Shown piece by piece: positions 58,990 to 64,000 of a stretch of DNA of 64,000 nucleotides; positions within the stretch are counted from its first letter, which is position 1, and the number at the start of each line of letters is the position of its first letter. The DNA comes from Raja brachyura (Eukaryota). Location: NCBI GenBank assembly GCA_963514005.1, contig OY740800.1:42656001-42720000 (forward strand). Reading direction: 5' to 3'. A model generated the notes under the pieces. It worked only from the letters and a program-made list of their open reading frames with translations, was not told the origin of the DNA and did no database searches. The position numbers and the translations under genes were made by a program.

Positions 58990-59108
58990 TTATCATATTG
59001 TTTACAGTGTACTATGTTTACATATTCTGTTGTGCTGCAGCAAGTAAGAATTTAATTGTTCTATCTGGGACACATGACAATAAAACACTCTTGATTCTTG
59101 ACTCTTGA
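58990..59108 (+). mobile_element. Rex1-like 3' terminus
   Basis: gggacacatgacaataaaacactcttgattcttgactcttga is the reverse complement of the ends at 21986, 51828 and 55289. Confidence 0.75.
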
Positions 59109-59281
59109 GTCAACCACAGTGGTGGGTCTTGAGTCATATAAGGGCAGATTTGCTTCTCTGAAGGATATTTGTGAATCATACGGATTTTTGCAACGATGCA
59201 GTAGTTTCATGATGACCATGACTGAGACTAGTTATAATTCTGGATTTGTTTATCACATTACATTTAAATATCCTGACTACC

Positions 59282-59775
59282 ATAGTCATGCAACATGAAA
59301 ACAGGCCCTTCAGCCCAACTTGCCGACCTCAATTAATCCCATTTGTGCATGTTTGGCATATATTTCTCCAAACCCTTCCTATCCATGTACCTGTTTAAAT
59401 GTCATATAAAATATTATTGTACCTGCCTCAACTATTATCTCTGGCAGCTTGTTCCATATACCCGCCACCCTCTGTGTGGAAAAAGTTGTCATTCATGTTC
59501 ATATTAAATCTTCCCCTCTCACAGTAAATGTGTTCCCCCTAGTTGTTGATTCTCCCTACCTTGGGAAGAAAACTCTGCATTCATCCTACCTATTCCCCTC
59601 ATGATTTAATACACCTTTTGTACAATCATCCCTCAGCCTCTTGCACTCCAAGGAATAAACTCTGAGCCTGCCTAACTTTCCCTATAGCTCAGGGCCGCAA
59701 GTCCTGGCAACATCCTTGCAAATCTTCTCTGTACTCGTTTCAGCATAATGGCACCTTTCCGAAAGCAGGGTGCCT
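59282..59775 (-). mobile_element. Degraded CR1 3' end
   Basis: Colinear with 20017-20460 (aacaggcccttcagccc tail hairpin, gcactccaaggaataa). Confidence 0.8.
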
Positions 59776-61579
59776 TGGTAGCATTCAAACTTATGACTAT
59801 AGATCAATTGGTTCAGAACTGCTGTTGGACAAGAATCTAACCGCCATGCTATGATAGCCTGTCGATGAAGGGTATTCCAGATCCTAGATTGAGTTGGAGG
59901 GAAACCATTAACTGATAGTTTTTTTTTTTCAATGTTCAAATTTAAAAATAAATTCAAAGTGGCTTGGCATATGTATGTGCTGTTTCTATCAAACTTAAAC
60001 CAGCTTTAAGCATGGTGAGATCGGAAATGAGCAGAATTGAAATGAAAGACATGCACTTAATCATAAATGGCAAACTCAACTTTTGATGCTCTTTTAGGAT
60101 CATTCCTTGCAAGATTGATTTTTATGATGACATTCCCCAGATTAGAAAGGTCATCGCAAGAAATTTGTATAATGAGACTAAATAGATACAGCTAGGGTAA
60201 AAGTACTAAAATCAGCTCCCTTTTTTTAAAATTCCTTTGCCATTTAACTAGACAAAGAGGAAATCTACTGTAGCTAATAAACCTACCAGTATGGATGTGA
60301 TTCAGGAACGGGGTACTTAATGTGGATGATCAGCCATGATCACAGTGAATGGCAGTACTGGCTCGAAGGGCCGAATGGCCTACTCATGCACCTATTGTCT
60401 ATTGAGAGGAAATCAAAGTAACTGCCAGAAATCTAAAAGGTCACAGGAAGAGTTTGCAAATTCCATACAGACAGCATTCAAGGTCAAACTTGGACCCTGG
60501 AGTATGAGCTGCACCACTGTGCTGTTTCTATTTTAGTTATTCAAAATATAATAACTTAGAAATAATCGATATAAGCTCTGACATTTTGGTGCTGGGTGCA
60601 TAGTTCAAAATACATTGCCGGGTGCTCTGTGGAAGCTTTGGATATTAGTTAAATCCAGAAGCTATATTATTAATAAAATACATTTTTGTTTCTCAGTAAT
60701 TGGATATTGTACTCTTGGGAATGGATTATTTTACTTTGGTAATGGGAAAATTGATTCGTTTAGGGCACATTCTTAAATATATTTAACTATGAACCCCTTG
60801 TCAGGTGTACAACTAATAAAATATGAATGGCTTTTATTATAATAAAATAAAATATGTTCCCCACATTTTGTAACCACAGATTAAAATTATATCCAATTGT
60901 ATTTAGCAGCCTTTTGAAGGCTCAAGACAGTAATTCAGGTGGGAAAAGGAAAATTGCAACAGGTGATTTCTGAAGGAGACCATTCCTTTAGTTTCAATCT
61001 TCAACAATTTGAAATGCTTCTGTAGAGTCTGCACACAATTTTACTTCACTACCCACTGTGGATGGTCTCCAATGACTTTATTGAAAGGAAGATAAATGTA
61101 ATAATTGTATTTAGGATGTAGATCGTGCATGATCACTGATTCACTTACACTAAAATATTGTTATCAGAATATCTTTGCTCAAGACTGTTATGTCCACTAA
61201 AGAAAAACTGCTTAATTGCCTTTGTCTGGACTAGTGAATTGGAATTAAATTGTTGAGGGTTATCTGGTTGACATATTGATGGCAGTAATTACAGAATCCA
61301 TGGCTGTAAGATGTGCTGGGCACATATGGCTCTGCTAAGTGAGAGTGGAAAAACCAGGCCAAAATCACAGATGAATGAATGCTTCAAAACTCAACCCGAT
61401 TATGAATTTTTGTTATTTTGGTTGCGGTTAATCAAATCCAATAAAGTCTCTTAGTTGATTTGTGTAACTTTATAATACAACACATCATCATAATGGGGTT
61501 TGGATGAATCTGTGCTGATTCCTCTATTTTCCCAAACCTAGAAAAATAAGTGTTATAAAACGATCCCATAGGTACATGT

Positions 61580-61787
61580 TTAAGAAAGAACTGCAGATGC
61601 TGGAAAAATCGAAGACGGTAGAGACAAATGCTGGATAAACTCAGCGGGTGAGGCAGCATCTATGGAGCGATGGACTAGGTGACGTTTCGGGTCAAGTTTG
61701 AAGGGTCTCGGCCCAAAACGTCGTCTATTCCCTCGGTCCATAGATGCTGCCTCACCTGCTGAATTTTGCCGACATTTTTGTCTACCA
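61580..61787. repeat. Inverted pair of Penelope pseudo-LTRs
   Basis: gaggcagcatctatgga...gacgtttcgggtc is mirrored by ggcccaaaacgtc...tccatagatgctgcctc. Confidence 0.82.
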
Positions 61788-64000
61788 TGGGTACATGAAT
61801 ATGTGTACAGTAAAACTCTGCTAATCTGCTATGCCCAATTGTTTGGAAATCCCTATGATCCAGCCTCTTCTGATCTATCCTCATTGGAAACTGATTCTCA
61901 TGCTCTGTTGAACACACCAGGGCTTTGGTTCCCACACTCCTTTTCGTATATCAGGGTCCCTGTTCCAAAGTTATTTTTAACACTCTGGGACCAGTATCCC
62001 TTGAAACTCACCCGAACTCCAATTGTGCACACCTGTGAAACTCACTGGGTTCTCCTTCCTGCGCTCCATTAAAACATCGTAATTACTGGAAAATGTATTA
62101 CGCTCCTGTGTAACAGCTTAAAAGTCAGGAATTGGGTGTTTTTGCATTGATTGGAATAATATCTAATAGTCCGGAAAATCCGTCAGTCGAGCACTAATAA
62201 TAATCCAGGCATGCTGGATTAACATAGTTTTACTATCCATGCATGTAGACAGAAACACAGCACAAGATGTGCATATAAATATTTCTAGCTCACTTGCAAT
62301 GCGTTTTACATTTGGTTAATAGACAACATTTTTATGCTTAATGGAAATGAAATGAAATGTTACTATTGGATTTAAAAAATGTAATGAAAAGCTTAGTAAT
62401 GTTAACATAGTTTATGTGACTAGGATCTTGTCTAACTGACTAAAGTCAAACTGCAACTGAGCAGAAATGCCAAGGCAGAAAACGGGCCTATTTGCTTACA
62501 CTGGGCCAAAAGATTAACCTTTAGTTTCCTTTCATGACAACAAATGTTCCATGTCATTAATTGCATGTATGTACTTGGTCCATATTTTTGCTTTCTTAAA
62601 CATCTCAAACTGACCACCTGTACTCTTTTTTTCCTTCTTTGTAAAATAACTTGCAGGCAATGTGTCTGAAATTTTTTTGGCAAAATACTGAAGACTTGGC
62701 TTGTAAGCACATTTTGTAATAACCACGTCAGTCGATCACAGTTTAATTTTGATATATTTATATAAATATTTTTATAATAAGATGTTAAACTAACCCACTA
62801 CAAACTCAAAATAACCTATAAACCCATGAACAACTTTCCACATCAATAGCTCATGTTGTATCTTTCTTGATAACAAAGGTTCTTAGCTGTTTAGCTTAGC
62901 TGTTAGCCAACAGTCTGAAGAAGAGTCCCGACCCAAAATGTTACCTATCCATGTTCTCCAGGGATGTGCCTGTCCTTGTCTTGCTAGCTTGTTTTAGCTG
63001 TTTTGCATAGGAATTGAATTTAATTATTGAATGTGAGTAAAATGTTGGTCTGTTTTGTTGAACGCCAACCAGGAAAACGAGATTGCATTAATGGGTGCCA
63101 CAATGATTTTCTTCCACAAGCGCACCTATTTGTAGATGATGTTGGCAGGTGAGTGGACAGTTACCTACGTCATGAAGCCGCTGAGCAAAAATGGGCACAT
63201 TTCTTAAAACACATTATTCTCCTTTTAAGTTCTTAAAATTATTCCGATATATAATTACACTGCTTCATATAACATGAGCAGTGTTATTGGAACCCATTGA
63301 GAAAAGCAAACAAATGTAGCATTTTTATTCTTTAAAGTATTTGTACTGTGTGACCTTTATTATAATTGAATGGGTGGTGAGATTATGTACATATTTGCAG
63401 ATAGCCAATGGAGTGTCGTCTCCCTTTTGGTGAAATGCCATAGTCACCTCCGACAGTTTAAACTCCCTATATAGTTTACGTAGCCAGGCCAGCTGTCGGG
63501 AAGAAGATTCAAGCAACAATACGGTGACTTAATCATGTAATTGAACCAAGCTGTTACATGATCCACTATATTGTACTAAAGGTTTAAATTCCATGAACAA
63601 GACCACATGTGGGAGTATGTCAAATTGTGGCTGTTGTATTTTAGTAGAAGTTTCCCAAACATGGCCCAAAATGTTAATGACAATATTTAAGCATTTAAAA
63701 CGGTGTATATAAAATGTTGCTGGTCTTCCATAATTAATTATCCCCTCACTTAAAATGATTCTTGAAAGATTGGTAGATCAAACAAAGGATTGCCCTTCAT
63801 AAAGAACATTTTTGATCTGCATCAGTGAGTTAAAACTCATAAATAGAAACACCCTATGTTCCACTTGCAGTGCCACAGATTAGGTTAATTCAGAGACCAG
63901 ACTAATTCACCAATATCCTGGGAACTAATCATCTCTGCACCCTCTTGGAGCAGATGACAGTTTAATTCTTTAGTAGTGAGTAAAATAAGAGCAAGGAAGA

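Overview
Eukaryotic (vertebrate) genomic DNA, most likely a cartilaginous fish such as a skate or ray (inferred from HE1/V-SINE-like and CR1/HER1-like repeats), so most ORFs in the six-frame track are not genes. The window lies inside a + strand ERC1 (ELKS/RAB6IP2) gene. It holds four coiled-coil coding exons (1147-1284, 7825-7965, 9248-9385, 19364-19557) and a 12-nt microexon (24491-24502) with a NAGNAG acceptor. The next expected exon (QVKDQNKK...) was not recognised, so the last intron probably runs past the window end. The introns are full of decayed, often nested transposable elements: CR1 LINEs, Penelope-like (GIY-YIG) elements, Rex1/Babar, RTE, a Gypsy remnant, V-SINEs, an IR/DR Tc1, a hAT-Charlie MITE, a CAGG-ended element with a 5-bp TSD, and another TIR element. 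The Penelope pseudo-LTRs carry many minimal hammerhead-ribozyme-like motifs on both strands. I found no convincing wholly new multi-gene system. The best leads are the microexon, the hammerhead motifs, the 5-bp-TSD element and several atypical insertion junctions. Homology calls are from recalled family motifs, not database searches, and repeat boundaries without a stated TIR or TSD are approximate.
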